Shown here: positions 25,943 to 36,723 of the stretch, in pieces
How positions within the stretch are numbered: position 1 is the stretch's first letter
Layout of the letters: every line of letters begins with the position of its first letter
Assembly: GCA_963760885.1 (NCBI GenBank)
Contig: CAVXEY010000007.1
Span: forward strand, 136,883-200,882
Reading direction: 5' to 3'
Source of the DNA: an uncultured delta proteobacterium
GTDB taxonomy: Bacteria; Desulfobacterota; Deferrimicrobia; Deferrimicrobiales; Deferrimicrobiaceae
DNA length: 64,000 bases
The notes under the pieces: generated by a model
Seen by the model: the letters and a program-made list of their open reading frames with translations, nothing else
Told to the model about the DNA's origin: nothing
The model's database searches: none
Program-made: the position numbers and the translations under genes

Positions 25943-27749
25943 CGCCATTCGCGAGTTACTGACCCTTCGCCCGTACCTCGCCATGCACCGGCGGGTGTAC
26001 GCCCTGTGCGTCCTCGGACTCGTCGTCGCCAGCGTCTTCGGCCTCCTCGTCCCCTGGATGACCCGGGCGGCGGTGAACGCCGTATCCGCCGCGCGTGGGG
26101 GCGGACCTCCCGGCGCGGGCGCTCTTCTTCGCGCCGTCGGGCTCATGATCCTCTTCTCGATCCTGTACGCCGTCTTCCGGTTCCTTTCGCGCCGCTTCCT
26201 GTTCGTGGCCGCGCGGGACGTGGAGCGGGAGGTGCGGAGGCGCCTATTCTCCCATGTGGTCCGCCTGCCGATCGGCTTCTTCCACGCGACCCCGACGGGG
26301 GACGTGATGTCGCGCATGACGAACGACCTGACCGCCGTGTGGCTCTTCCTCGGGCCCGGCCTGCTCATGCTCGTCGGGACCGTCATCTCGTGGCTGCTCG
26401 CCATCGCCTTCATGCTCCGGATCAGTCCCGTCCTCACAGGCGTTTCGCTGCTGATCGCCCCCGCGGTCGTGTTCCTCTCCCGGGAGTACGGGCGCGCCTT
26501 CCACCGGCGGCACCGCCTGGTCCAGGAGGCGCTCGCCTCGATGAACGGGACGCTGCAGGAGAACGTCTCCGGGATCCGCCTGGTGAAGGCGTTCACGCTC
26601 GAGGCGAGGGAGGAGGAGCGGTTCTCCGGGGAGTGCGAGCGGTATTACCGTCACAACCTGGCCGTCGCGCGGACTTCCGCTGCGTTCCACGGGGCGATCG
26701 GCCTGCTCGCCGGCGCGGGCGTCGCCGTCGTCCTGTACCTCGGGGGGCGGGCGGTCGCCCGGGGGGATCTCACCCTCGGGGGGTTCGTCGCCTTCAACGC
26801 GTACCTCGCGATGCTTGCCTTCCCGACGATGGCGATGGGGTGGGTGATCAACCTTCTCCAGCGGGGGAGCTCCGCCATGGGGCGGATCAACGAGTTCCTT
26901 CGGCTTCCCGTGGAGGTTCCCGCGGAAGGAGAGGAGCCCGCCCCGGAGGGGATGCCGCCGGTCGAGGATGCGCGGGAATCCGGGACCGGGGAGCCGCCGC
27001 TTCTCGAGGTCCGCGGTCTCGTTTTCTCCCATGGAGGCGAGGGAAGGGGGGAGGCGCTCCGGGGCGTCTCCTTCGCCGCGCGGAAGGGGGAGGTGCTCGG
27101 GCTGGTGGGGCCCACGGGCGGCGGGAAGAGCACGCTCCTCTCCCTGCTCTCCGGACTCTACCCCCCGCCGTCCGGATCGGTCTTCCTGGAAGGGATCGAC
27201 GCGTCGACGATCCCGCTTCCCGATCTGCGCCGAAGGTTCGCCGTGGTTTCCCAGGACCCGTTCCTCTTCTCCGATACGGTTCTGGAGAACGTCTGCTTCG
27301 GCCTCGAACGGACCGATCCGGAGGCCGCAGGGAAGGCGACCGGGCTCGCCCGCTTCCTCGCCGAGGTCGAGGAGATGCCGGACGGGTTCGGCACCGTCGT
27401 GGGGGAGCGTGGGATCTCCCTCTCGGGGGGGCAGAAGCAGCGGGTCACCATCGCGCGGGCCCTGTGCGCCGAAGCGAAGTTCCTCCTGCTGGACGATGCC
27501 CTCTCCGCAGTGGACGCCGTGACGGAGCGGGAGATCTTCGAGGGGATCCTCTCGGAAAAGGGGGAGAGGACGGTCCTTTTCAGCACGCACCGGATGGCTT
27601 CCCTCTCCCGGTGCGACCGGATCCTCGTGCTGGCGGCCGGCCGGATCGTCGAGGAGGGGACGCACGACGATCTTCTCTCCCTGCGCGGCGTCTACTTCGA
27701 CCTGTACTCCCGCCAGATGATCGCCCGCGAGCTGGAGGAGTCGTCGTGA
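25932..27749 (+). CDS. ABC exporter, fused permease/ATPase (MsbA-like), subunit 1
   Basis: Six-TM domain. Walker A GPTGGGKST. ABC signature LSGGQKQRVTIARAL. Walker B LLLDDALSAVD. Confidence 0.85.
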   Translation: MGANAIRELLTLRPYLAMHRRVYALCVLGLVVASVFGLLVPWMTRAAVNAVSAARGGGPPGAGALLRAVGLMILFSILYAVFRFLSRRFLFVAARDVEREVRRRLFSHVVRLPIGFFHATPTGDVMSRMTNDLTAVWLFLGPGLLMLVGTVISWLLAIAFMLRISPVLTGVSLLIAPAVVFLSREYGRAFHRRHRLVQEALASMNGTLQENVSGIRLVKAFTLEAREEERFSGECERYYRHNLAVARTSAAFHGAIGLLAGAGVAVVLYLGGRAVARGDLTLGGFVAFNAYLAMLAFPTMAMGWVINLLQRGSSAMGRINEFLRLPVEVPAEGEEPAPEGMPPVEDARESGTGEPPLLEVRGLVFSHGGEGRGEALRGVSFAARKGEVLGLVGPTGGGKSTLLSLLSGLYPPPSGSVFLEGIDASTIPLPDLRRRFAVVSQDPFLFSDTVLENVCFGLERTDPEAAGKATGLARFLAEVEEMPDGFGTVVGERGISLSGGQKQRVTIARALCAEAKFLLLDDALSAVDAVTEREIFEGILSEKGERTVLFSTHRMASLSRCDRILVLAAGRIVEEGTHDDLLSLRGVYFDLYSRQMIARELEESS

Positions 27750-29613
27750 AGCACGGGCCGGACGACTTCTTCACGGACGATCGCGTGGGAACCCGGGGGA
27801 TCGACCGGCGGCTCCTGGCGCGCCTTCTGCGGTACGTCCTTCCCCACCGGGGCATCCTCGCGGCGGCGCTGGCGGCGCTTCTCTGCGGGACCGCCTGCCA
27901 GCTCGCGGGACCGTACCTCATCAAGATCTTCATCGACCGGTACGTGATGTCCGGGCGCCTTTCCGGGATGGGAGGTTGGATCCTCCTGTATTTCGGGGCC
28001 CTCGTCGGCGCGATGGGGTTCCTCTATGTGCAGATGTACGCCGTGTCGGTCCTCGGCCAGCGGGTGATCCTCGCGCTGCGCCGGGAGATGTTCGCGCGGA
28101 TGCAGCGGCTCCCCGTCGTCTTCTTCGATCGCACGCCGACCGGGCGCCTCATGACGCGCCTGACCTCCGACGTCGAGGCGCTCCAGGAGCTCCTCTCCTC
28201 CGGCCTCGTCTCCACGATCGGCGACGTCGCGGTGCTGGCGGGCACGGCCGCGATTCTGCTCTGGATGGACCCGCGCCTCGCGCTCGTCACCTTCTCCGTC
28301 CTCCCCGTCCTCGTGCTGTTCGTCGAGCTGCTGAAAAAAAGGATCCGCGAGGCGAACCGGGAGATGCGGCGGAAGCTCGCGCGGATGAACGCCTTCCTCC
28401 AGGAGCACGTGACGGGGGTGGCGGTGGTCAAGGCGTTCGGGATGGAGGGGAAGTCGCAGCGGAGGTTCGACGCGCTGAACGGGGAGTACGCCGCGGAGAG
28501 CGTGCGTCTCACCAACCTCTACTCCGTGTATTTCCCGGGCGTCGAAATGCTCGCCTCGATCGCGCTGGCGCTGCTGCTGTGGCAAGGCGGCGTCGGCCAT
28601 CTCGCGGGCGCGGTCACCTTCGGCACGCTCGTGGCGTTCCTCGAATACGCCCGAAGGTTCTACGACCCGATCCGGGACATGAGCGACAAGTACAACATCC
28701 TGCAGACCGCGCTGGCCTCCTCGGAGCGGATCTTCCGGCTCCTCGACGAGGAGATCTCCCCCGAATACGTTGAATCCCCTCCCGTACCCGCCCTCGATGC
28801 CCGGCCGTCATCGCCACCGCCACCTCCCGCTCCGGTTTCCCCCGCCGTGCCCGCGATCGAATTCCGGGACGTCTGGTTCTCCTACCCGAGGTCTGCGGGA
28901 GGGGAGGGTGCGGGGGGGAGGAAGGACCACTGGTCCTGCGCGGGGTCTCCTTCGTCCTCGAGGAAGGGCAGACCGGGGCGATCGTCGGTGCGACGGGGGC
29001 GGGGAAGACGACGGTCCTTTCCCTGCTGTGCCGCTTCTACGAGATCCGCCGCGGGAAGATCCTTCTCTTCGGTCGGGACATCCGGGAGATTCCCCGGGAG
29101 GAGCTGCGCCGGTCGCTCGCCCTCGTACTCCAGGACCCGTTCCTCTTCTCCGGGACGGTGCGGGAGAACGTCGCCGCGGGCGGCGAGGCGATCGGGGCCG
29201 CGCTGTCGGCGATCGGCGTGGAACGGTTCACCCGGGAATGGTCCGAGGGGCTGGCGACGGACGTGGGGGAGCGGGGAGTGCGGCTGTCGACGGGGCAGCG
29301 CCAGATGGTGTCGTTCGCCCGCGCGCTGGCGCGGGAGCCGCGCGTCCTCCTTCTGGACGAGGCGACGTCGAGCGTCGATCCCGTGACGGAGGGCCGGATC
29401 CAGGAGGCGCTGGCGGGGATCCTCCCCGGCCGGACCGCCCTCGTCGTCGCCCACCGCCTGTCGACGGTCCTGTCCGCCGACCGGATCCTCGTGATGCACA
29501 AGGGGAAGGTGCGGGAGACGGGGACCCACCGCGAGCTTCTGGAGGCGGGGGGGATCTACCAACGGCTCTACGCGCTCCAGTTCGAGGAGGGGGACGCCTC
29601 CCGGACGGGGTAG
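27746..29613 (+). CDS. ABC exporter, fused permease/ATPase, subunit 2, apparently frameshifted in a G7 run at ~28909-28919
   Basis: The TM domain and IEFRDVWFSYP lie in one frame. GAIVGATGAGKTT, LSTGQRQMVSFARAL and LLLDEATSSVD lie in the next frame. The switch point is inside GCGGGGGGGAGG. Confidence 0.75.
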
Positions 29614-29848
29614 GGACCCAACCCGCCCCCACGTCGTCCGGGATCCCGCGGACTTTCTCCCTCAGCGCTTTCGGCGAAACGGCTCCTGGGGGAGCGGTTC
29701 CCGGGCCGGGAGGACGCCGTCGGATGCGATCTCCTTTTCCGAAAGAACGGAACGGCACGGATCCACAGGGATACTATCGTTGTTTCACGGGGATTCATCA
29801 CTGCTCCCGGGCGCCGATGCCGGGGGCCGTCCCCGTGAATTCGGTGGT

Positions 29849-29858
29849 GTGGTATAGT
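29849..29858 (+). promoter_or_regulatory. extended -10 promoter candidate (TGgTATAGT) upstream of purC
   Basis: TGGTATAGT lies 25-40 nt upstream of the purC start. No convincing -35. Confidence 0.3.
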
Positions 29859-29895
29859 AAAAAATTCAAACCACGCCTTCATGGAGGTCCGCAAC

Positions 29896-30792
29896 GTGAG
29901 CCAGGCCACGGTGGTCGAGACGTCTCTTCGCGGGTTGAAACTGCTGGGCCGCGGCAAGGTCCGCGACATATACGACGTGGACGGGAAGCTGCTGCTGGTG
30001 GCCTCCGACCGGCTCTCCGCGTTCGACGTGGTGATGCCGGACGGGATCCCGGGGAAGGGGAAAGTGCTGACCCAGATCTCCGCGTTCTGGTTCGGCATGC
30101 TGGAAGATATCGTCCCCAACCACATGATCTCCATCGACGTCGACGCGTTCCCGCCGGAGGCCCGCGTGCACGCGGAAACGTTGCGCGGCCGGGCGATGCT
30201 GTGCCGGAAGGCGAAGCCGTTCCCCGTGGAGTGCGTCGTCCGCGGGTACCTGTCCGGTTCCGGGTGGGCGGAATACAGGGAGAAAGGCGAGGTGTGCGGC
30301 ATCCGGCTGCCGAAAGGATTGCGCGAATCGGACCGGCTTCCGGAACCCGTTTTCACTCCGGCCACGAAGGAGGAGAAGGGGAAACACGACGAGAACATCT
30401 CCTTCGAGCGGATGGTGCAGACCGTGGGAAAGGAGACGGCCGGGGAGGTGCGTTCCATCGCCGTCGGGTTGTACGAAAAAGCCGCCGGCTACGCCCTTTC
30501 GAAGGGGATCATCATCGCCGACACGAAGTTCGAGCTGGGGACCGTGGACGGGGAGCTGATCCTGATCGACGAGGCGCTCACCCCCGATTCCTCCCGGTTC
30601 TGGCCCGTAGCCGGCTACCAGCCCGGGGGCCCGCAAAAAAGCTTCGACAAGCAGTTCGTCCGCGACTACCTGCTGACCCTGCCGTGGAACAAGACGGCCC
30701 CGGGCCCGCGCCTGCCGGCGGACGTGGTGGAAAAGACCGCCCTGAAGTACCGCGAGGCGCTTACGATCCTCACCGGCAAGGACATCGGGTAG
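29896..30792 (+). CDS. purC: phosphoribosylaminoimidazole-succinocarboxamide synthase (long form)
   Basis: SAICAR synthetase motifs ([30 protein letters not shown]). GTG start with GGAGG 8 nt upstream. Alternative ATG at 29881. Confidence 0.85.
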   Translation: MSQATVVETSLRGLKLLGRGKVRDIYDVDGKLLLVASDRLSAFDVVMPDGIPGKGKVLTQISAFWFGMLEDIVPNHMISIDVDAFPPEARVHAETLRGRAMLCRKAKPFPVECVVRGYLSGSGWAEYREKGEVCGIRLPKGLRESDRLPEPVFTPATKEEKGKHDENISFERMVQTVGKETAGEVRSIAVGLYEKAAGYALSKGIIIADTKFELGTVDGELILIDEALTPDSSRFWPVAGYQPGGPQKSFDKQFVRDYLLTLPWNKTAPGPRLPADVVEKTALKYREALTILTGKDIG

Positions 30793-30802
30793 TTCCGGGA
30801 CC

Positions 30803-32242
30803 ATGGGCGTCTTCCGCAAGATCTTCGTCGCGAACCGGGGGGAGATCGCCTGCCGGGCCATTCGGCCCGCGCGGGAGCTGGGGATCCCCGTGGTGGTGGG
30901 GTACTCCGACTGCGACGCCCTGTCGCTGCACGTGAAACTCGCCGACGAGGCGGTGCGCCTGGGGCCGTCCCCCGCCTCGATGAGCTACCTCGACATCGAC
31001 GCGGTCCTGCGCGCCGCGAAGGACTCCGGCTGCGACGCGATCTTCCCGGGGTACGGGTTCCTCGCGGAGAACCCCGACTTCGCGGAGGCGGTGGAGCGGG
31101 AGGGGCTGGTCTTCATCGGGCCGTCCGCCCGCGTCATGCGGATCCTGGGCGACAAGATCGCGGCCCGCAAGGCGCTCTCGGCCTCCGGCGTGCCGGTGAC
31201 TCCCGCCCTCGAGGACGTGGACGATCCCCGGAAGGTGGTCGCGTTCGGCGACCGGGTGGGGTGGCCGATCCTCATCAAGGCGTCCGCCGGCGGGGGCGGG
31301 AAGGGGATGCAGAAGGTCTTTTCCGCCGACGAGGTCGAGGAAGGTCTCGCCTCGGCGCGCTCCGTCGCGGAGAAGGCGTTCGGAAAGGGGACGGTCTTCG
31401 TCGAGAAGTTCATCGAGAGCGGCCGCCACATCGAGTTCCAGTTCCTCGCGGACCGGTTCGGGAACGTCATCCATCTCGGCGAGCGCGAATGCTCCATCCA
31501 GCGGCGGCACCAGAAGCTGGTGGAGGAGGCGCCGAGCTCCCTGCTGACCCCCGAGGTCCGGGCGAAGATGGGGGCGGTGGTCGTCAAGGCGATGAAGGAC
31601 ATCGGTTACGAGACGGCGGGGACGCTGGAATTCCTCGTGGACCGGGGAGGGAAGTTCTACGCCCTCGAGGTGAACACCCGGATCCAGGTGGAACACACGG
31701 TCACCGAGATGATCAGCGGCTTCGACATCATCCGGAAGATGTACAAGATCTCGGCCGGGGAACGGCTGTCCCTGCGGCAGGAGGACGTGCTGCTGCGCGG
31801 CCACGCGATCCAGTGCCGGATCAACGCGGAAGACCCGAAGAACAATTTCGCCCCCGCATTCGGCAGGGTCTCCTTCCTGCGCCAGATCAGCGGCCCCTTC
31901 GTCCGCACCGAGTCGGGGATCTACCAGGGGTGGGAAATCCCTCCGTTCTACGACTCCCTGCTGTCGAAGATCTGCTCGGTGGGGAAGGACCGGGAGACGG
32001 CGATCCAGCGGATGCGGCGCGCCCTGCGGGAATTCGATATCTGGGGCGTCCGCACTACGATCCCGCTTCTGCGGCGGATCATGGACAACCTGGATTTCGT
32101 GGCAGGCAGGATCGACACCGGGTTCATCGAGGAGAACATCGCCGAACTGACCGAGTACGCGGATTCCGAGGAGGAGATCTTCAAGGTGGCTGGGTTCGTC
32201 GCCGAGGTCTCCGGCCTTGGCCGCAACGTCCACAGCGGCTGA
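30803..32242 (+). CDS. pycA: biotin carboxylase subunit (AccC-like; subunit A of a two-subunit pyruvate carboxylase)
   Basis: ATP-grasp biotin carboxylase: KIFVANRGEIA, GYGFLAEN, EMNTR-like VNTRIQVEH. Confidence 0.85.
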   Translation: MGVFRKIFVANRGEIACRAIRPARELGIPVVVGYSDCDALSLHVKLADEAVRLGPSPASMSYLDIDAVLRAAKDSGCDAIFPGYGFLAENPDFAEAVEREGLVFIGPSARVMRILGDKIAARKALSASGVPVTPALEDVDDPRKVVAFGDRVGWPILIKASAGGGGKGMQKVFSADEVEEGLASARSVAEKAFGKGTVFVEKFIESGRHIEFQFLADRFGNVIHLGERECSIQRRHQKLVEEAPSSLLTPEVRAKMGAVVVKAMKDIGYETAGTLEFLVDRGGKFYALEVNTRIQVEHTVTEMISGFDIIRKMYKISAGERLSLRQEDVLLRGHAIQCRINAEDPKNNFAPAFGRVSFLRQISGPFVRTESGIYQGWEIPPFYDSLLSKICSVGKDRETAIQRMRRALREFDIWGVRTTIPLLRRIMDNLDFVAGRIDTGFIEENIAELTEYADSEEEIFKVAGFVAEVSGLGRNVHSG

Positions 32243-32261
32243 GAGGGAGGATTCGCGGGGG

Positions 32262-34289
32262 ATGCCGGGCAGCCTGAAGAAGAAGGGGTACCGCAAGGTT
32301 CTCAAGACCATCCGGGACGGCAAGGCCATCTGGTTCGTCGGGACCGGCCCGCGCGATACCGGCCAGAGCGACTTCAAGAACCGGTTCACCCTCCACGACA
32401 TGGCGCGCCTGCTCCCGATCTACGACGCCTCGGGATACTTCGCCATCGATACGCACGGCGGCGCCCGCCTGCACCAGAACATGATGAACAACATGATCCA
32501 CCCCTTCGAGGAGGCGCGCTTCTTCGCTTCGCTCATGCCGAACGTCCTCACCCAGACGCTCATCCGCGCCACGAACGTCTGGGGGTACCGGATGTATTCC
32601 AGGAACACGGTGCGACTTGCGGTCGAGTCGTTCCTCCCGATGATCGACGTGTGGCGGTGCTTCGACTTCCTGAACTACATCCCGAACATGGCGCCGGTGG
32701 CCGAGGAGGTCCTGCGGGGGGGGAAGATCTTCTCGCCGGCCATCTCCTTCACCGAGTCCCCCGAAACGACGGACGCCTACTACCTCCGGGTGCTCAAGGA
32801 GATCGTATCCCTGTGCGGCGGCACGAAGGACATCATCCTCGTGATCAAGGACATGGCCGGGGTGGGCAGCCCGGCCCGGATCCGGCGTCTCGTGGACGCG
32901 TTTCTCCAGAAGTACCCGGGGCTGATCGTCCTGTACCACCGCCATTCCACGGACGGCCTGGTGATGCCGGCCATGGCCGCGGCGGCCGCGGCGGGGGCGA
33001 AGCTCTTCGACGTGACCGACGACGCCTTTTCCCGGTTCTACGGGCACCCGCCGGTGCGCCCGCTGGTGCGGTACCTGCGGGAACTGGGGCACGAGGTCCG
33101 GTTCGACATGGAGCGGGCCGACGAGGCGTCCGACGCGGTCCGCGGCTTCATCCGGAACTACGACCGGTTCGAATCGCAGTTCAAGGGGTTCTCCAACGAC
33201 GTCACCGCCCACCGGATGCCGGGCGGCGCCTTCCCCTCCTCCTTCGAGCAGGCGGAGAAGGGTGGGTTCCTCGATCTCATGCCCCACATCCTGAAGGGGA
33301 TGTCGTACGGGAACCGGATCATCAAGTATTTCGACGTGACCCCGGGATCGCAGATCACGTGGACGACGTGGGCGGCGATCCTGCAGCGGTACCACAAGGA
33401 GGGCGGGGAACACAACGTCAAGCGGCTGTTCAGCGTCCTCGACCGGTTCTTCGAGTCGGGGGAACGACTCGAAGCGCTTGCCCACGCCGACCAGAGCGTT
33501 CTGCTGCGGCTCTACACGGGGGCCACCGACGACCTGAAGAACCTTCTGCTCGGGAAGTACGGGCCCCTTCCGTTCGGGTGGCCGAAAGACTGGGTTTACC
33601 GGAGCGCCTTCGGGGAAGGGTGGGCCGAGAAGGTCGAGGCGGAACGGATACCCGCCTCCCCGCTGTCGAAGCTGCCGGACGAGGATCTGGACAGGGCGCG
33701 GGCGGCGATGGAGGCGGAGATGGGCCGGTCCGTCACGCAGGAGGAATTCGTCCTGTACCTGATGCACCCGAAGGCGGCGACCGATTTCCTCAAGTTCCGC
33801 GCCTGGTACGGCGACACCACGGTGCTACCGACCGACGTCTGGTTCCACGGCCTGCGCAGGCCCGGGGACGAGGTGATGATCACGATCGGCAACAAGCCGC
33901 ATGCCATCCGGCTGGTCTCCATCGGCGAGGGAGTGGGGGGAGTGAAACACGTGGTGCTTTCCGTGGACAACATCATGCACGTCTTCCCCGTGGAGCTTCC
34001 CGAGGCCGCCGCGACCCGCAAGACGGTCCGGAAGGCCTCCCCGGGGGAGAAGGGGCAGATCGGCGCCACCGTCACCGGGACGGTGTGGCGGATCGGGACG
34101 AAGGACCGCCTGCTGAAGGAAGGGGACCGCCTCCGCAAGGGGGAGGAGATCATGAACATCGAAGTGATGAAGACCGAGAACGCGGTGAAGTCCCCGGTGG
34201 CGGGCGTCATCCGCGAGCTGTGCGTGAGGGTGAACGACCGGGTCGAAGAGGGGCAGCTCCTCGCCGTGATCGATCCCGGGGGCGAATGA
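32262..34289 (+). CDS. pycB: pyruvate carboxylase subunit B (carboxyltransferase plus C-terminal biotinyl domain)
   Basis: TIM-barrel carboxyltransferase region, then biotinyl-lysine motif EVMKTE in the last 70 aa. Immediately downstream of the biotin carboxylase gene. Confidence 0.8.
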   Translation: MPGSLKKKGYRKVLKTIRDGKAIWFVGTGPRDTGQSDFKNRFTLHDMARLLPIYDASGYFAIDTHGGARLHQNMMNNMIHPFEEARFFASLMPNVLTQTLIRATNVWGYRMYSRNTVRLAVESFLPMIDVWRCFDFLNYIPNMAPVAEEVLRGGKIFSPAISFTESPETTDAYYLRVLKEIVSLCGGTKDIILVIKDMAGVGSPARIRRLVDAFLQKYPGLIVLYHRHSTDGLVMPAMAAAAAAGAKLFDVTDDAFSRFYGHPPVRPLVRYLRELGHEVRFDMERADEASDAVRGFIRNYDRFESQFKGFSNDVTAHRMPGGAFPSSFEQAEKGGFLDLMPHILKGMSYGNRIIKYFDVTPGSQITWTTWAAILQRYHKEGGEHNVKRLFSVLDRFFESGERLEALAHADQSVLLRLYTGATDDLKNLLLGKYGPLPFGWPKDWVYRSAFGEGWAEKVEAERIPASPLSKLPDEDLDRARAAMEAEMGRSVTQEEFVLYLMHPKAATDFLKFRAWYGDTTVLPTDVWFHGLRRPGDEVMITIGNKPHAIRLVSIGEGVGGVKHVVLSVDNIMHVFPVELPEAAATRKTVRKASPGEKGQIGATVTGTVWRIGTKDRLLKEGDRLRKGEEIMNIEVMKTENAVKSPVAGVIRELCVRVNDRVEEGQLLAVIDPGGE

Positions 34290-34879
34290 ACCGAGGGACC
34301 CTCGATACGGACCGGTTCTTCGGGGCGCTCCGGGGGGCGCTTTCCCCGGTCGCGACCTCCGAGCCGCCGCCGCCGGGATTGCGCCCCGCGGGGGTCCTCG
34401 TCCCGTTGCGGGATGCCGGCGGGGAGATCACCGTGACGCTCGCCCGCCGGACCGAGCGCGTTCCCCACCACAAGGGGCAGATCTGCTTCCCCGGCGGAAG
34501 CCGCGACCCGGGCGACCGGGATCTGCTGGGGACCGCGCTGCGCGAGGCGGAGGAGGAGCTGGGGATCCGGGGGGGCGACGTGGAGTTGCTGGGGGCGATG
34601 GAGCGGGTCCACACGGTCACCGGGTTCTGCATCCAGCCGTTCGTCGCCCGGATCCCGCGGGACGCGCGGTTCCACCTGGACGGGTTCGAGGTGGCGGAGA
34701 CGTTCGACGCCCCGCTGTCGGTGTTCACCGACTTCTCCCGGTACCGCACCGCCGGCACGACCTTCCTCGGGAAACCGTACAAGGTGTACTTCCTCGACTA
34801 CGACCGATTCACGATCTGGGGGGCGACGGCGCGCATCCTCCACAGCCTCGCGGAACTCGCCCGCGGAACAGGAGCGTAA
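34286..34879 (+). CDS. NUDIX hydrolase (CoA pyrophosphatase NudL-like)
   Basis: Nudix box GGSRDPGDRDLLGTALREAEEELG. ATGA overlap with the pycB stop. Confidence 0.75.
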   Translation: MNRGTLDTDRFFGALRGALSPVATSEPPPPGLRPAGVLVPLRDAGGEITVTLARRTERVPHHKGQICFPGGSRDPGDRDLLGTALREAEEELGIRGGDVELLGAMERVHTVTGFCIQPFVARIPRDARFHLDGFEVAETFDAPLSVFTDFSRYRTAGTTFLGKPYKVYFLDYDRFTIWGATARILHSLAELARGTGA

Positions 34880-34884
34880 TCCCG

Positions 34885-35493
34885 ATGGGGCCCCCAGGGA
34901 CAAGGATCGACCACGACATCATCCTCGACATCGTCCCCCGCGGCGCGAAGGTGCTCGACCTCGGGTGCGGCGACGGATCGCTCCTCGAGAAACTGGTGCG
35001 CACGAAGGATGTCCGCGGCAGCGGCATCGAGATCTCGGACGAGGGGATCCGGGAGTGCATCGCCAGGGGGCTCGCCGTCCTGCAGGAGGACATCGACCAC
35101 GGGTTGAAGGATTACCCCGACCGGTCGTTCGACTACATCATCCTCAACCAGACGCTGCAGGCGGTGAAGAAGCCCCACGTCGTCCTGTCCGAGATGCTTC
35201 GGGTGGGCGAGAAGGCGGTGGTCGGTTTCCCCAACTTCGCCCACTGGAAGATGCGGTCGTACCTGCTGCTGCGCGGCCGTATGCCGAAGACGGAGTATCT
35301 CCCGTACGAGTGGTACGATACGCCGAACATCCACTTCTGCACCGTGACGGATTTCGAGGAGTATTGCCGGAAGTACTCCCTGCGGGTGGAACAACGGGTT
35401 TACCTCTCCAACGATTATGGGGGAAGGGTGCTGCGCGGGTTCGGCACCAACCTGTTCGCCGAGTCCGCGGTGTACCTCCTGTCGAAAAGGTGA
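34885..35493 (+). CDS. metW: methionine biosynthesis protein MetW (class I methyltransferase fold)
   Basis: VLDLGCGDGSLL...FDYIILNQTLQ...FPNFAHWKMR...GRMPKTEYLPYEWYDTPNIHFCTVTDFE is a near-consensus MetW sequence. Confidence 0.8.
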   Translation: MGPPGTRIDHDIILDIVPRGAKVLDLGCGDGSLLEKLVRTKDVRGSGIEISDEGIRECIARGLAVLQEDIDHGLKDYPDRSFDYIILNQTLQAVKKPHVVLSEMLRVGEKAVVGFPNFAHWKMRSYLLLRGRMPKTEYLPYEWYDTPNIHFCTVTDFEEYCRKYSLRVEQRVYLSNDYGGRVLRGFGTNLFAESAVYLLSKR

Positions 35494-35563
35494 GGCGTGT
35501 CCTGTTGCCGCTTCACCGTTGCAATTCGAGCCGCGATGGGGTAACCTTCGACGTTACATAACG

Positions 35564-35639
35564 TGGGGCTGTAGCTCAGCTGGGAGAGCGCCTGAATGGC
35601 ATTCAGGAGGCCGACGGTTCGATCCCGTTCAGCTCCACC
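35564..35639 (+). tRNA. tRNA-Ala (anticodon GGC)
   Basis: GGGGCTGTAGCTCAGCTGGGAGAGCGCCTGAATGGCATTCAGGAGGCCGACGGTTCGATCCCGTTCAGCTCCACCA. G3:U70 pair. Confidence 0.9.
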
Positions 35640-35650
35640 AGGCAATTCAA

Positions 35651-35689
35651 AGGTTTCGGACGAAAGTCCGGAACCTTTTTCTTTTTTTC
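35651..35689 (+). terminator. rho-independent terminator
   Basis: GGTTTCGGACGAAAGTCCGGAACC hairpin followed by TTTTTCTTTTTTT. Confidence 0.65.
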
Positions 35690-35873
35690 GACAGGTTGTT
35701 TAACGGTATCGAAAGTTCCCGGATGTCCTCCCGCCCACCCATCGAATTCCCCCCTTCCGACCGTTCCCGGCCGGAGAAGGTTCCCTCCATCGGGAAGAAT
35801 CTCATCTTCCAAGGAATCCCCGCGAGGGCGAGATGTTTCCAAGGGATATGGATGAAGGATCGGCAGGTGGTTC

Positions 35874-36710
35874 ATGAATTCCATGGAATTCTCCCTCCTG
35901 GTTTGTCTGGGAGGCGTGGCGGCGGGATTCCTCGGGTCCCTGACGGGGTTGGGGGGCGGTATCGTCATCGTGCCGCTCCTGGTCCTGTGGTTCGGGGTCG
36001 ACCTCCGGTATGCCATCGGCGCGTCCCTCATCTCGATCATCGCCACCTCCTCCGGGGCCGCGGCGGTCTACGTAAAGGAAGGATACACGAACTTCCGGAT
36101 CGGGATGTTTCTGGAGATCGCGACGACCGTGGGAGCAGTGGTCGGGGCGTTCCTGGCGGCCAGGGTCTCGCCTTCCTCGATCGCGGTCGTCTTCGGGGTC
36201 GTTCTCCTTTACTCGGCGTACCAGTCGAACCGCCCGCCACCGGAACGGCCGGAAGCCGCCGCGCCCGATCCGGTGGCAACCTTCCTGAAAATGGATTCGA
36301 ATTATCCGACGGTCAACGGTCCGCGATCCTACCGTGTGTCCAATGTCCCGGGTGGTTTCAGCCTGATGTTCGTCGCCGGAACGCTCTCCGGTCTGCTCGG
36401 AATCGGGTCGGGGGCCGTCAAGGTGCTCGCGATGGACCAGGTCATGCGTATCCCGTTCAAGGTTTCGACGACCACAAGCACCTTCATGATCGGCGTGACG
36501 GCGGCCGCCAGTGCCGGAGTCTACTTGAGCCGCGGATACATCGATCCGGTCCTTGCCATGCCGGTCCTGCTGGGGGTCCTCGCCGGGTCCATGGTCGGCG
36601 CCGGGATATTGGCCCGCACGGAGACCCGGATCCTGCGCATCGTATTCAGCCTGGTCATCCTGGCGCTCGGCGCGGAACTCATCTACAACGGGCTGACGGG
36701 AAGGATTTAG
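35874..36710 (+). CDS. sulfite/anion exporter TauE/SafE family (DUF81) membrane protein
   Basis: Internally duplicated 4+4 TM pattern with LGGGIVIVPLL and GIGSGAVKVLAM motifs. Confidence 0.8.
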   Translation: MNSMEFSLLVCLGGVAAGFLGSLTGLGGGIVIVPLLVLWFGVDLRYAIGASLISIIATSSGAAAVYVKEGYTNFRIGMFLEIATTVGAVVGAFLAARVSPSSIAVVFGVVLLYSAYQSNRPPPERPEAAAPDPVATFLKMDSNYPTVNGPRSYRVSNVPGGFSLMFVAGTLSGLLGIGSGAVKVLAMDQVMRIPFKVSTTTSTFMIGVTAAASAGVYLSRGYIDPVLAMPVLLGVLAGSMVGAGILARTETRILRIVFSLVILALGAELIYNGLTGRI

Positions 36711-36723
36711 GGAGGAATCGCGG

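Noticed and set aside
26006-29386. 1126-aa ORF spanning both ABC transporter genes
   Set aside because: It is a read-through of the first ABC gene's +1 frame into the second gene's N-terminal frame. The protein sense is lost before 27746 and after ~28915, so it is an artefact of the open GC-rich frame plus the frameshift in the G7 run.
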